The notes: generated from the sequence alone by a model not told the origin. 64,000 nt of DNA from Blastocystis sp. Blastoise (GCA_039096225.1 JBBPEB010000002.1:1178001-1242000), one strand, 5' to 3'. Shown: positions 1 through 19,360, counted from the stretch's first letter. Numbers and translations are program-made.

Positions 1-418
1 TTGTTGTCTTTATTAGTATAGAAAATATAATAGACTTTATAAAATTAATAATTTATACAAAATTCTTTATGACTATATTACTTTTTTAAATACTACGATT
101 TAAACAAAATTGAGACATATCGCGATGTTACACTAATAATATTATGGTCTTTAAATCTATTTATTATAATTATAACAGAATTTTATACAAAATATTCATA
201 TCGATAAATTTGAATACAGCATAAAAATCAGTAAATAAATACCGAAATATATTCTATATTAAGTGTAACATTGCATATAATACATTTAGAATATATAATA
301 TCTTAATTAAATAAGTAACTATGAATAAAATAAAAAATAACATAAATAGTCTATAAATAAAATAATTTATCTTTCTAAAACAAAAGAAATATAAATAATA
401 ATAATAATAATAATATAT

Positions 419-4825
<4,407 letters not shown>

Positions 4826-5009
4826 TATTCTTTAATATATATTTAATAATATATAAAATAAATATTAACTAATTATAAATTAATTTATAAATTATTTTAA
4901 GAAAAAAAAAGAAAAATTATTATATAATATTCTTTTTCTAATTATTTATTTTCTATAAAAAAAAAAAACATTTTTATAACAAAAAATTCATTTTTATTTA
5001 TAATTTATT

Positions 5010-5190
5010 CAGTGTCTTCCCTGTCACTGGACAAAATTGCCACGTGGCAATTGTCACAAAATTTTCTGACAAAATATTTATTTTTGACAGTGTAATTTTA
5101 TATTTTTATGACTAAGTCAATTTAAGTCTGGCTGAAAGTGACAGTCAGCTATTGTCATGGCAATTGTCACAAAAGTCAGGGAAGACATTG
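5010..5190. mobile_element. hAT-type MITE, 181 bp
   Basis: TIR CAGTGTCTTCCCTG ... CAGGGAAGACATTG (1 mismatch); exact 8-bp TSD AATTTATT at 5002-5009 and 5191-5198; repeated internal TGTCA/TGAC motifs. Confidence 0.88.
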
Positions 5191-5355
5191 AATTTATTAT
5201 TATATTCTTTAAATTAAAAAAAAAATCTATTATTAATTATTTCAATTCTATTTTTTTATATATTATAAAATTTAATAAACAAAACAATATTATTTTTTTT
5301 ATCGTTTGTATGACCAACAAAGAAATTCATAAAATCTTTCTCGTTAATATATTAT

Positions 5356-6032
5356 TTAGTTCTTGGCAGCAGCAGCTTTCTTGGATTTGTAATATTCAAG
5401 AGCTCTAGTCTTTCTCTTATCTTCAAGCTTCTTGATGACAGCATCATACTTCCAACCGAATTGAGAAGAAAGATCTCCTAAACGGATAAACTTTCTATCG
5501 GGACGAAGACGAAGGTTAGTAAGAGCTTGAGGAACAACCATACGCTTTACTTTATCAAAAGGAGCAGGAATACCTTCAAAAACTCTCAGACGAGCAAGAG
5601 CCATACCACCACGAGGAGTCTTATGGGGAACCATTCCACGGACAGCACGGTAGAAAATCTTAGAAGGAGCACGGAAGTGATAGAAATATTTAGAAGGGTT
5701 AGTATTCATGTGTTTTCTCATGAAAGCAGCAAAACGAACCTTATTTCTCATCACTATATTTTATTATTATTATTATTTAATTATTTTATTTATATTTATA
5801 TAATAATTAATTACTATTAATTAAAAAACAATATATATATATTATTATTATTATTTTAATTATATTTTTTATATATCATCTATTCTATATACATACTAGA
5901 ACCACAAATGTTAAGTTCTTCACATCTTACACAAACAACTCTTTGACCAGAAAGAATTTCCTTGGCAACAATAGAGGCAAGACGACCGACAAGGTGTCCA
6001 CGACAATCAATTACGACTTCCTTTTGGAACAT
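5356..6032 (-). CDS. RPL13A: 60S ribosomal protein L13a (uL13), 2 exons
   Basis: [45 protein letters not shown] | MMRNK...[24 protein letters not shown]...[17 protein letters not shown]. Confidence 0.98.
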
Positions 6033-7247
6033 TATGATTTTTATTTATTTATTAATTAACAATTAAACTCTATAAAATCAACAATATTTATTATTATATA
6101 TTCTATTCTTTATCTATTCTCATCATATATCTATTTATATATTCATATTTATATACTGATTTAATGTATTAGGTCACACAATAAAAAATAGTGAATTTAT
6201 TCTTATTTTCATTTAAAGGAAAAACAACCTTTTTTTATTACATGTTCAATCATAATTTTTACTCTCACTTTCATATTCTCTATCATATCTCTCTCAATCA
6301 CTATACATATTCTCTATATTCTTCCTGCCCTTTTCTTTTTATAACCATTCTCATTGGATATTCAATGAATTTTTTTATTATTTTTATGGTCTTTATTTTA
6401 TTTTATATTTGTATTATTTATATTTAGTTATTTATTGTATCATTATTCATGTGAGTATAATAAACGATGGAAACGTAAGTATCATGATAAAAATAACAAT
6501 TTCATTTTGAAATACATTTTAAATGCTGCTTTCTTATTATGAAAATATGTGATAATATCGTCGGGCATTTTATTTGGAATGCCTAAAAATGCTTAGTTTG
6601 ATAATAATAATTTTTTTACTTTTTGTAATGTTTAAATTCAAACAAATTAATTACTCACTAAATTTTGATATAATATGTAATTCGTAAAAAGCTATTTCAA
6701 TCTTATATTACCATTTGAAATTCAAAATTATTCTAAAATATCTGTTCTCTTTAAATTTACTATAATAAAATTGAATATAAAAAATAAAGACCATTTCAAA
6801 TTACTATATTTCACAATAAAATAAGCCATTCATTTCAAATTGTTTAATAATTAGAATCTATTTCTTATTTAGTTTGCTCCTCTTTTATTGTGAGTAATAT
6901 AGATACTTTATTTACAATAGAAATATATTTAAATCTATTACATAAACCTTGTATGACATTTGAGAGAACATCAGTTATTTATTCATTTGAATTATTCATT
7001 ATATACTAATTAGCCTTTGCTATATATAAATAATGAATCACAAAAGTCTGCAGTATAATTACATATTTGAAATATCTTCTATTAACAAGTATCTTCTATT
7101 AAAAAACCTGCCTATTTTTGAGTTTTCCCGAGAATATTTTTTTTTTCCTTTTCTAAAACTTAGTTCTTGTTGAAAGCTCCATCAATTGTATATGATAAGT
7201 TATGCTGTGAATCTATTATATTTAGACTGATAATAGAATAATTAAAT

Positions 7248-8274
7248 ATGTCAAAGACACTAAGAAGTTCTTCTCGATCTAGAAAGCCTCTCGCTCCAAG
7301 AGAGTCTGATATTATTTCTGATCCAGTTTATAAAAGCAAAAGATCATTCTTCAATGAACTTCAAACTCAGCGTATGTTTATTTTATTGTCTGATTTGATC
7401 ATTTTTAAATTTGTTTTCTATAGTTGATGCAAATATACTTGAAATGGAGCAAAGAACTACGATTACTGCTAAGGATTTAAAAAGACTTATTACCGTTCAG
7501 ATTAGTCAATTGTCGTCTACCGTTCAAAATATGTCAATGGAAGACTTTTTGGTAACTTATGGCTTTGATTTAGATGGCATATCTTTAAAAAGGATTGCTT
7601 CAAATGGGAAGTATGTTATTACAATTTATGAGCATTGATTATAATTGATGTTATTCTATGATGTTTTATATAAATCAATATTTTTAGTGATAATCAGAAA
7701 ACCGTACGTATGAATCGTGTTCGATCCGTTGTCGCAAATCTTCCCCCGTGGGAAAGAAAGAATCTTGTATATCTACTATTTATTATATTGTATATATCGT
7801 TTTATTTCCTATATAGCAATATGATAATAAGCAACTAGCTATTTCGTATATTAATATATATATTATTATTATTTATTATTCTTCATTGTTGATCTTATTA
7901 GAATATATATACATATATAGTGTTAGTATGTATAAATCTGAAGATGGTCAATATATGCCTGAATTATACTTAAATGATAAAACAATACCTCTCACAGCAG
8001 AAGTTATTGTATATATTTATATTATTATGTTTATATATATATTATTATATTTATTATGTTTCTTATGATTATATATATGTCGTATTACATTTTATATTTA
8101 TTATTCTAATTATTATTATTAACATTATATTCTTTTATTCTTCTCTTCCCTCTCATTATTTATCCCCTACCTTTAAAGTCGGAGATGGATGCGCCTACAC
8201 TTTTTAATGTTCAAACACAAATCGATACATTACTGAAAACATTAGAAGATGCTAAACAAAAACTACATAAATAA
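7248..8274 (+). CDS. Small protein with a borealin/Nbl1-like N-terminal helix, 5 exons
   Basis: Spliced ORF MSKTLRSSSRSRKPLAPRE...QISQLSSTVQNMSMEDFLVTYGFD...KTLEDAKQKLHK*. The QLSSTVQNMSMEDFLVTYG segment resembles the borealin LPxxVRxMxxxEFxxxYG motif. GT-AG introns including a microexon near 7818-7846. Confidence 0.55.
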
Positions 8275-8981
8275 AATCTATTTATAATCTATTCTATTCT
8301 TATTATAGCCTTATATTTTTAAAATCGCTAATTTATGTTAATATTTTCTTTATTTGTATGGTTTTATCGTTATATATATATATTAAAAAGAATTGAATCT
8401 ATTCTATCCTTTCGATATAAGTGTGTATAAAATATATTTATATGTTTCAATTTTTTTAATTATATATCTTACTATTCATATTTTTATGGATTCAATTCTT
8501 TTCAGTATATATTTTTTAATTTATTTTACTGTGTTAATTGTTCTAACTGTCCTTATGGTTTTTAATATATTTATGTATTCACTCGAGTATATTGTTAACG
8601 AATGTCAGTTCCTGATATATATATTTATTTATGATTAATAAAGAGTGTTATCAGTTTTTTATTTATTAATTGAATATATATATATTGTGAGCTATAACAA
8701 TCATTGAATATAGCCATAACTATTTATTTAGTAATTCTTATACTCAAATATTTCAAATAAATGTAAAAGTTCATGCTTATAGTTGAAGTATGTATACTTA
8801 TAATTATATATAATGTTTTCATAGAGATATAAACAAAAACCAATTAAAAATAATAGATTATAATAAAACAATGTATAAATAATCATATACATATAAATAT
8901 TTGCTATACTTAATAATAGATATTGTTTATATATATATAGAATATTATATTTCTAAAAGTATTAAATATCAAGGATCTTCC

Positions 8982-9984
8982 CTACAGAGAGAGTACAAGG
9001 TATGGATGTTCAATATAATGGGCAACTGCCGCGAGGAGGCGACTGGCGACAGGTTCAGGTACTTGACGACTAAAGAGAAGAGAGAGAATAAGTAGTAGAA
9101 AGAGATAAATAGAAGAGAGAATAAATAGAAGAGAAAATAAATAGAAAAGAGAGAAAAATAGAAGAAAGAGAATAAAAAAAACAAAAAGAACAAAAAAATG
9201 ATAATAACGATAATAATCAGAAAAAAAGAAAAACACGAATAATGTTATAAACAAATATAAAAGTATTAAAACATAGTTATACAAAGAGTGAATAATAAAA
9301 AAATATATATATACGCATTATAATTAAGAGCTATTGAAACAGTATTCTTTGTGCATGGAACATAATTCAGTTTCTCGGTTTCCTCTTCTAAATCACCTTC
9401 CATGTTAACAACTTTTTGAGTAGCAGAAATAACAGAATTATCGCGGGACTCCTCGGCTGCTTGTGGGTCCTTTATTTCAGGTTTATATCCAACTGTTTGC
9501 GTTATTCCACCTACAGTAAATAGACCTAATTGAGAAGGTTGTTCTACAATACCCGTAACATCGAGAATGGAATACTGTTCCAATGAGTACACTGCAAATA
9601 AACTATTGGGTGAACCAATTGATGCACCAGTCAATATATTGGAATGAATTTCCTTATATATATCTAATAATGTCTTCTTATTTGTATCTATATTGATAAA
9701 TAGAAAGAATATTAAATTTATAATTATATATAGTATATTATATAATTCTATATGAATATATAAAACATTTATATATAATATATATTTTTAATAGGAATAG
9801 TTTGAGTACCGTTTTGTGTATCTTGAATATAAGATATACAAAGAGGAGAAGATATCTATATATATAAAGAAATAGTTATAATAATCAAATAAAAAAATAA
9901 ATATATATATTTAAATTTTAAATATATATAATAATATATTTAATAAAAAGCTTATATAAATAATCATTATTCTAATAACATTAA

Positions 9985-10017
<33 letters not shown>

Positions 10018-10812
10018 AATGGTTCAAAATCATTATTTTGTTCTTTAATACATGTATCAATAACTTTTACTAAAAATGAACCTAAAGACAAATTAATCGA
10101 ATTTGATTGGTTCACTGATTTCTGGAATTCTAAAAAGGAATCAACCTAGATATATATAGCAATTAATAATAGTGTCATATATATGATTTGGATTAATAAT
10201 ATAAAAAACAAAAAAATGATTGTAAAAAAAAATATATATATATATATAAGATATAAGATAAAGTAGAATAAGTCATACGTTGCATTGCTTCTCAACTCGA
10301 AGATGTGGAACCAAATTCTTACTGTTCTCATATACAGAAGCTTGTTGGCGAATTACATCAGATAAAGAAACATCTTCATATTTCCCTTTCTATAAAAATC
10401 AATAAGGTATAGTACTTAGTATTTAATCATAATATTTTCAACTCTAAATACATACTTTACCTTGAGGAATCGGTTGTTGTGTTTTCTTTACAGGCTGTTT
10501 TGCCGGTTTGACAGTTTTTTGAGTGGTAGAATGCCCTCCATTTGCCAAGAAATTGATAACATCGTATTTCATGATTCTTCCTCCCTTTCCAGTTCCTTCA
10601 ATTGAAGATACATCGAGATTTTGAGGTACTACAAGATGCCAAGCAGCAGGGGAGAGAAGACCTAATACATATTTATTAATTATATGATGTAAATAAACCT
10701 TTTGTATTATATGCGAATGCCCTCTGAAACCTAGATTATGTATAATTCTCTACTAGTATCACTCAATATACAGAGAAATCACTCTTCTTGAAGATGATAT
10801 TGTTGAAAACAT
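8982..10812 (-). CDS. PDHX: Pyruvate dehydrogenase E3-binding protein-like (E2 fold, non-catalytic), mitochondrial-type presequence, no lipoyl domain
   Basis: MFSTISSSRRVISLFQRAFA presequence; subunit-binding domain LSPAAWHL...LDVSSIEGTGKGGRIMKYDV; core domain YEDVSLSDV...SKNLVPH...ALNYNARQVPEPVASRLLAAVAHYIEHP, where catalytic DHR is replaced by NAR. Confidence 0.8.
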
Positions 10813-11629
10813 AGTATGAACGGAAATAATTGAAGAAAAAACAAATAGAGAACCTGGAAAAAACTTCTGTAAACAAATGAAGAAAATCTTCCTGTTGCGA
10901 ACAAAGTTCAAAGAAGTTGTTTTATTTAAAGTATTTGGTTATATCTGTTTAGATTCATCATATGAGAATTTATTTTAATTGATAAACATGTGTGGTGAAA
11001 GATAGTCTTTTGTCTTTATTTTTTATAAATCTTCCAATCGACTTTTAAAATGCTTTATCAAAATGATTACTTTCTCTAAATGGAATTAATTGTTTGTTTT
11101 GACATTTATTATTCTGTTTCTATGCAAAAAGAATAATTTTTGTTTTCGATAACGTACAATATTTGATTTTTCTATATAGACTGACTTCGTTAATTTTTTT
11201 TAAACGCTTTTAATTATATCATGGATGATTCAGAAAAAAAAAATGATTTTCGCAAAACATTTTGAACTAAATCATTCTAAATAAAGTCATTATTGATATC
11301 ACAAAGATTGCAATATATATCAAATATGTTCGTGACACACAAATGAAAATATATAAAAAAAAAATGATAAAAAAAGTAGTCTATCCGTTCAGTTCGTGAT
11401 CATCAGCAATCTCCATCTTCACATATTTCGTTTAATAATATAAATAATACAAAATACTAGATAATCAAAATAGTTATATCCTATAGTAAAAAAAAAAATT
11501 CAAAAGAAAAGAGAATCTCCCAGTAATAAATGATTAATAATCGTAATAATATGAAAGAAAGAATTTCTCCATTTATGAATAGATTTTTTTAAATAAATAG
11601 CTACTTTTATTCGTTTAAATTGAAAATAA

Positions 11630-13453
11630 ATGCGTGGCGTTAAAAAAGCTCTTGATATAGGTAAGATGATTCCAAAAATCAAACAAGCAAACAACACAAT
11701 TGCAAAGCCTCAAGCATTCACAACTTCAGCAGAAGCTGAAGCAAGTGCAATTCCAGAAAGTGTATCACAACTTATGGCTGAAGAAGGAGATGCCTTTGAA
11801 TCTGGTCTTCATAAACTCCATAAATTTCATAATAATACACTTCAGCCTTCATTACCTTCTCAGAACTCGAACTCGTTTCTTTCTAGAGTGTCTAGTCTTA
11901 ATCTGAAGAATCAAGGAGATAAAATTCAATCGATGGCTGAGTCAATTATGAGTAATTTAGATTCAGACAGTGATGATGATGATGTCAAGTAAGCTTTTCA
12001 TTATTCTTTTTTTATTGCATATGGTTTTTTATATATATTATCATTTATTATCTTATTTTTATAGCAAAACTTTAGAATATTATATGGAGAACATTCCTGA
12101 AGGTTCAACAAGTTATGATATTAATGAAAAGCCTGCAAATAAGTTAGTCACGTCTCCTATGACGTCTATGTCTTCTAACGAAGATGCTTTTATAAGAATG
12201 AATGATGAATTAGTTCTCTACTCCATTCCAAATTATGGCTTAAAAGTCATTGCAAAGAATGGAAACACTATAACATCTTTAAAAGACCTTGAAAGTGATA
12301 TACATTCTGTCGATATTAGTTCTACTGGCTATATTTCTTGTACTACTATTCAAGGACATTTATATATATGGAAATATGATAATGATAAGAATGGATCTTA
12401 TACTGTATTTATTTATTTTTTTTTATATATTAATTTTTTAAATATTTATTGTTTTTTTTTTTTTTTTTTACTTTATTATAAGCTAATTTTTCTCTAACAA
12501 TTCTTTCTTTACTTTATACATCTTATTGTGTATATATAGTTTGAAAAGTTGTTACATTTAGAGCCTCAAATATCCAATGATACTCCTTCTAAGAAATACT
12601 ATTACGATTGTGTTTCCTTCTTTGTAGATTCGAAGGCTAGTACAACTAAATTAGCTGTATTATTAGGTAATTCAATATATATATTTGCAATGGAAGAATT
12701 AATAGCATATAAGCAATCATTAAATAATGATAAAAATAGTTTTATATCTATTGATTGTGAAGATTGTTGTTTATATAGAATTGATTTGAATATACCTACA
12801 TCAACTTCTATTATAATGTTATGTTGGTCAAAAGACGGATATTTATATTCTCTCACAACTAATGGTGTAGTATATATTATATTTATTATTATATTTATTA
12901 TTATATTTATTATATTCATTATATTATTATATATATTATTATATTTATATTAAATGTATTATAATTCCTTATCTCTAGGTATCTATGTATTACAATTCTC
13001 TCTGTTGTTATACCTTCTGTACTACTTTATCTTCTCCTCCTGATACTATTATTCCTCTCTCTTCTTCTCTATTTATTATCTTCTCTAAATACTCTAATCA
13101 TCTTCAACTCTGGTCTATTACTTATAATAAAGAATATAATACGACGTGTACTGCTCTTCTCTCTATTAACATACCCTCTACAGTCGCCATTACCACGGGA
13201 AAACAACAAAATTCAAGATCTTTAGAAATCCCTTCTCTCTCTCCTAATCATACCGTATTTGCTACATTAATAGGTAAATATGTATTCTTTGGCATTCGAG
13301 ACAGTCGCCTCTTATTTGTCGTTGAAATTGAAAATAAAAAAATGATCAAAATGACGAAATTTGATATTCAGGGAGAAATGAGAGATTTTAAGGCTTATTT
13401 AGAAAACCTTTGTATGTTTTTATTAATATAAATATCATTCTTTGTTATCTTTG

Positions 13454-13491
<38 letters not shown>

Positions 13492-14738
13492 AATATTTTT
13501 TTCTTCTTCTTTACATATAGTTTTCATATTATTCATATTTTTTCTATTGTATAGGTATAACTTTCTTTATATTAACAAAGAACCAATTATCTAAAGCAGT
13601 TATTAACGTTAAGAGTAACAGTCCCTTACGAGATGTTGATGCTCTAAATCCCTCTGTATTCAAAACGAATCTTACTCGTTCACAACGTATACAAAGTGTA
13701 ACAAATATTGATACACTTAATGATATCGAAGAACACTATAACTCTATTCTCCAATCAGATAGCGATGATATGCATGAAGAAGATGAACCTCACGTGACTC
13801 AAATCACTTTTATGGCTTCTTCTGAGAATACTATTCCCGAAACATCTTCTCCAGTTTCTCCTGTTGTTACCTGTGTTCCTGACAATAATAATAGTGTTAT
13901 TAATAATAATACTGATATTAATAATAATAATAATAATAATACTGATAATACTACTAATAATAATAATACTACTACTATACCTCGTACCCCTATGAATACA
14001 CCAAATCTTACACCTGAAGGTACTCCTAAAGATACTCCTGTAGGTACACCAAATGACACACCCTCCGTCACTCCCACACGTACTCCTATGAATACTCCTG
14101 TACATACTCCCGGGCAAAGTCCTACTCCTCTTCCCGCCACTACAAATATGTCAAGTTTTACTACTGTCAACAATGATAAGAGTATCAATATGAATAGTAT
14201 TACAAATGGTAATACTAATAATAATAAAGAGAAGATATCTGCACCCAGTAAAGTTATTGAAACTGAAGAGGATTTATTACGTACATTATTACAAGCCTGT
14301 ATATATATATAATTATATATAATTATCTTTCTTTTATTTATTCTCTATCTATTTATATACATATATTTATTATTCATTCTTTGTCTCTAGCTCCTGATCC
14401 CTCTTCAGAATCCCCCCTTCCAAACGAACCTGTCATTATTCAAACCCCCAAATCCCCCAATCTCTATTATACAAATCCCTTAGACTCTCTATTTCATACA
14501 AAGTTTACTCCTACTCCTCCTCTTGCTCCTATAGAAGCTGGTATATCTATACCTACACTTCTCTCTACTGCTAGTAATAAGAATACTAATAATAATAGTA
14601 ATAATAGTAGTAATAATATTACTGCTAATAATAATAAGTCTTTATTAACATCATCATATAGTAATTTATTATCAAAGGATATCAATAATGGCGCATCGGC
14701 TGTCGTTCCTAACGCTGCTAATAATAACAGTACAACTA

Positions 14739-14773
<35 letters not shown>

Positions 14774-14862
14774 AAAAAGAATACTAATAATACTAATAAT
14801 ACTATTACACATCAAGAACAAATGATGAAATCACTTATTGGCATTCCTAGTTCAACTCAATC

Positions 14863-14944
<82 letters not shown>

Positions 14945-15469
14945 AATAAAACTATAAAAGCTATTCCTCATGAGGATAATAAGATGAAAAAGAAGCCAGT
15001 TCGCGGTATGAAGGGTTTCGGCGGTTCTGCGCCTCAACCGGGTGTACAGATGGTAGATGTCGAAGAACTTAAAGCCCTATTAGTTAGTAATAACGAAGAA
15101 GAAGAACAACATGAACAACGTATATATATTATTATTATTATATTTATATAAGTTTTGTTTATATATTATTTATTTTTCTTATATTTACATAATTTTTATA
15201 TCTATATATATATATATATATATTATTATTATTATACTTATTATTATCTATACATTAGAATGTCCTGTATCTTTTGAAGTGGATCCAAAAATCCAAGAAG
15301 CAGTTCAGTCCACTATTCAAGTCTTTAGTACTTCTCCTCTTCCTTCTACTCCTATTCATATAGAGAGTAATACTAATGGATATACTAGTATCAATAAGAA
15401 TAATTATAAAAAGAATAATAATGTGAATAAGAATATAAATAATGTTCAGTCTATTCCAATTAATTATTC

Positions 15470-15529
<60 letters not shown>

Positions 15530-15892
15530 TAATAGTAATAATAATAATGTTAGTACTACTACTACTCCTGCTACTACTCCTGCTAGTACTCCTGCTGCTA
15601 CTACTACTACTACTCCTGCTAGTACTCCTATAAAGCCTGTGAATTCTTCTCTAAGATTTACTCCTCTCTCTACGCTTGTCAAGAAACCCTCGTCGTTTAC
15701 CGCGCCTCCCCCTCCTGTTGCCGCCAATACTATCATTAAAGTAAATAGTAATATACCTAGAAATGAAAATAGTAGTACTATTTCTAATAAACAAATTATT
15801 GATGTTTCTAAGAGTAATAATAATATATCTACTATTGAAAAGAATGCTAAGACTATGATTTCTAAAGGAACAACAATAAATACTATCCCTGC

Positions 15893-15959
<67 letters not shown>

Positions 15960-16334
15960 TCTGATGTTCTTCGTCCTGTGTATGTAGGAATGGATAAGAA
16001 TAGCGAAATATTTATACAATTATATAACGAAATGAAACAAGAAATAGCTACACTCAGAGAAGAAATTGAAAATAAGGTATATATCATATTATACATTTAA
16101 ACAACCATTATTATTTTACTATTAGTTTATTATTATTTTATTATACCATTATATTATTCATATATTATTTTCATATTCCCGCGATTATCTATCTATTCTC
16201 CCTATAGAATCAGTCATCTATTTCAACTGATGATTTAGAAGCCTTCTTCCGTGATGAATGTATTCCTTCTATTTCAAAGAGTATGGATAATAAACTTCAA
16301 GTATATATATATATATTAGACATACTCTTATAAC

Positions 16335-16389
<55 letters not shown>

Positions 16390-17260
16390 TTCAGACAACT
16401 TTCAGCCGCTTTCAGAAGATCCTTCAAAATCAAATTAAGATTGAATTATCTGAAATGAAATCTTCTTCCGTTATTCCTTCTAATTCTCCTTTTTTCCCTC
16501 CTTCTTCAGCTATATCATTCACATCTGTTCACTCTCCAAGTAGTCAGTGTGACGCTTTAAATGCCATAGAAATACAAAAAGGAATGGAAAATATTACAAA
16601 TCAAGTCTCTTCTTATATTAATAATTGTACTACTATTATTAAAGATCAAGTTATGTCTTATTTTAATACTTTGAATAATACACAAAGCTATGTATATATA
16701 TTTGTTATATTTATAATTATATTGTCTATTCTATATTATTTGGTTATCTTTATTTTTTTTTTGTTTTCATTATTGTATATTTATTCTTTATATGAACTGT
16801 TTATACTATTATTATTTACACTATTATTATTTACACTATTATTATTTACACTATTATTATTTACACTATTATTATTTACACTATTATTATTTATACTATT
16901 ATTATATATACTATTATTATATATACTATTATTATTTATATAGAATCAATTAGTTCAAGAAATACATTTGTTAAATGAGAATGTCAGTCAGATTCAGTCC
17001 ACTCTGAATGCGCTTTCCAGCCATGTTCAGTCGGGTTTAGTCATCCAGGAAGATAGTGAAATTGAAAAACAAGAATTAGAAAACAAAATTCTTGATTATT
17101 TGAAGAAAGAACAATTTAATGATGCTTTCGACTATGCTTGTTCGTCGAAAGATACGAATATGGTTTTATTCGCTTATAATCACGTGGATAAAGATAAGTG
17201 TTTTAACGGTAGTAACGAATTCTCAGAAGCCGTAAAATTGGTTTGTATTCAACAAGTATA

Positions 17261-17338
<78 letters not shown>

Positions 17339-17668
17339 TCTATAAACCCTCTTTAGGCATGTGCTGATCTTATGAATGATCCAATCAATCGTTGTTTTGC
17401 TATTCAAGATTTCTTATCATTATTAGATTATACAGATACCGTTATACAGACAACTATGGTTGATACTGTTATTACTACTATCTGTGATAGTTTAGAATCT
17501 TATATACATACATTTACATCTCTTCCTACTCCTATGACACCCACTACACCCACTAGTATAAGTACATCCGAAAGCAACTATTTGCAGATTAAAGATACGT
17601 TACAACGCGTCATCAGACAGTTACATACATATGCCAATCGTGTGAAGAATTATAGAAAGGGTAACTAA
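11630..17668 (+). CDS. EDC4: Enhancer of mRNA decapping 4 / Ge-1 / Varicose
   Basis: N-terminal WD40-like exons (HSVDISSTGYISCTTIQGHLYIWK), long Asn/Pro/Thr low-complexity middle, coiled coil, C-terminal LKKEQFNDAFDYACSSKDTNMVLF...SEAVKLVCIQQACADL matching the Ge-1 C-terminal domain. All introns GT-AG. Confidence 0.82.
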
Positions 17669-18683
17669 CTATATATACATAATTATTAATTGTTATCTCG
17701 TTAATTATCTTTAACTCTATATATAAATGCATATACATTCGCTTCATACTATTTTATATATATATATATCTTCTTTTCTTTTCCTTTTTACAATTTTAGT
17801 ATAGGATTTTTTTTTTTTTCGTTTTGTATTTTTCTGTTGTTTTTTTATATTTTTTATATTGATATTTAAATGCTCGTGAAAAATTATATTGTTATTCGTT
17901 ATAAATATATGCATAAATATTATTTGCACATTATGTATATAAAATGCTATTTAATTCATCAAAATCTACTGAATTTCTTTTATTCATTTTCAGTTTTTCT
18001 TTTGATTCTTATTAATTTGTATATTAATTTATATTTTATACTAATCTAGATTATATTTTTATGGCTCTTATTTATTATTTATATCATTTATCTTAGTTTG
18101 TTGAACATTTATTTTTTATTCACTGAAATTTCATTTGGGTTCAAGGTTAAACAACATTTTAAAGCAATATATTAATAAATCAACAATAAAATAACAATTT
18201 CATTTTTCCACAGACACTCTTTTTGTTTCCTTCTAACAAAAATCAGTATTGACTATGTTTAAAATGATCACTCATTACTTTTAAAAAGACATTTTATTGA
18301 AAATGACACATAAAATAAAAAACAAATCAATTTCGACTTTAAAAAATGTTGTGAAAACAGCTTTTATATACACTATATGAATAAACATACTATATAGAAT
18401 ACATAATTTATTAAATGGAGAATTATAATGATTTTATTATGACATATTAAGTATCCATATATTTTATAGTGTATTTTTTCACAAATGTCTATTTTTGAAC
18501 ATAATTTGTTATTTTCTTAAATTATATCATATTTTTTATTTGATTGTTATTTCTATATACAGAAATGTTCATATTATATATACATGTGCTTGTTGATTAT
18601 AAAAATATTGTAAATCAATAAATAAAAGGATATGAACATTCTTTCTATGTTTATGTAGAAAAAAATTAAATAATAAATAAGTC

Positions 18684-18755
18684 GGCACTATGGTGTAATG
18701 GTTAGCACGTTGGACTTTGAATCCAGCGATCCGAGTTCAAATCTCGGTAGAGCCT
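18684..18755 (+). tRNA. tRNA-Gln(TTG)
   Basis: GGCACTA-TGGTGTAATGGTTAGCAC-GTTGGA-CTTTGAA-TCCAG-CGAT-CCGAGTTCAAATCTCGG-TAGAGCC-T; T5 terminator at 18758-18762. Confidence 0.95.
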
Positions 18756-19360
18756 CATTTTTATATGATATTTTTTTTGCACTTTTATTCTTTTTGTTTT
18801 GATGATTGTTTAAATATATGGATAATGCTACATTCAATGTCTAGATGAAGTGACGAGTCTTATATAAGAAGCAAACTATAAAAAAAACTATGTTCGCTAT
18901 TGTTGAGACATTTCAACATAATTATGTATCCTTTAATCATTAAAACTACTTAGAATGAACAATTCTATATAATAACAGGATTGAAACCACTCAAAGCAAA
19001 TAAAAAAGTAGTTCTTTAAGGAAAAAGTTTATTGCACAACAGTCATTTGCATTTGATTTGAGATTCTTTCATTATCATACATCATCAAAACTCATACTGT
19101 ATTTTTATTAAGAAAAATTCGGTTTTCCATTTTATATAAGGTTTTTCATAGAGTTGTGATTTCATTGGTTAAAGTGGATCATTTGACCAACAGAATAAGA
19201 AAATCAACATTGCGAAGCTCCACAAATTAGTGGTTCTCAAGAATCCATATTATTATTTGTGTTATTCAGACATGAGAACTCTTCTTTTTGAATTAAGACT
19301 TGACTCATATTTTTATTTTTGAGGTTTTAAGAGTTTATCTGGAATTTTCGATTATACAAA

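Noticed and set aside
18925-18938. GTATCCTTT U12-like donor
   Set aside because: Intergenic, over 400 bp upstream of the SLC13 ATG, with no supportable flanking exon.
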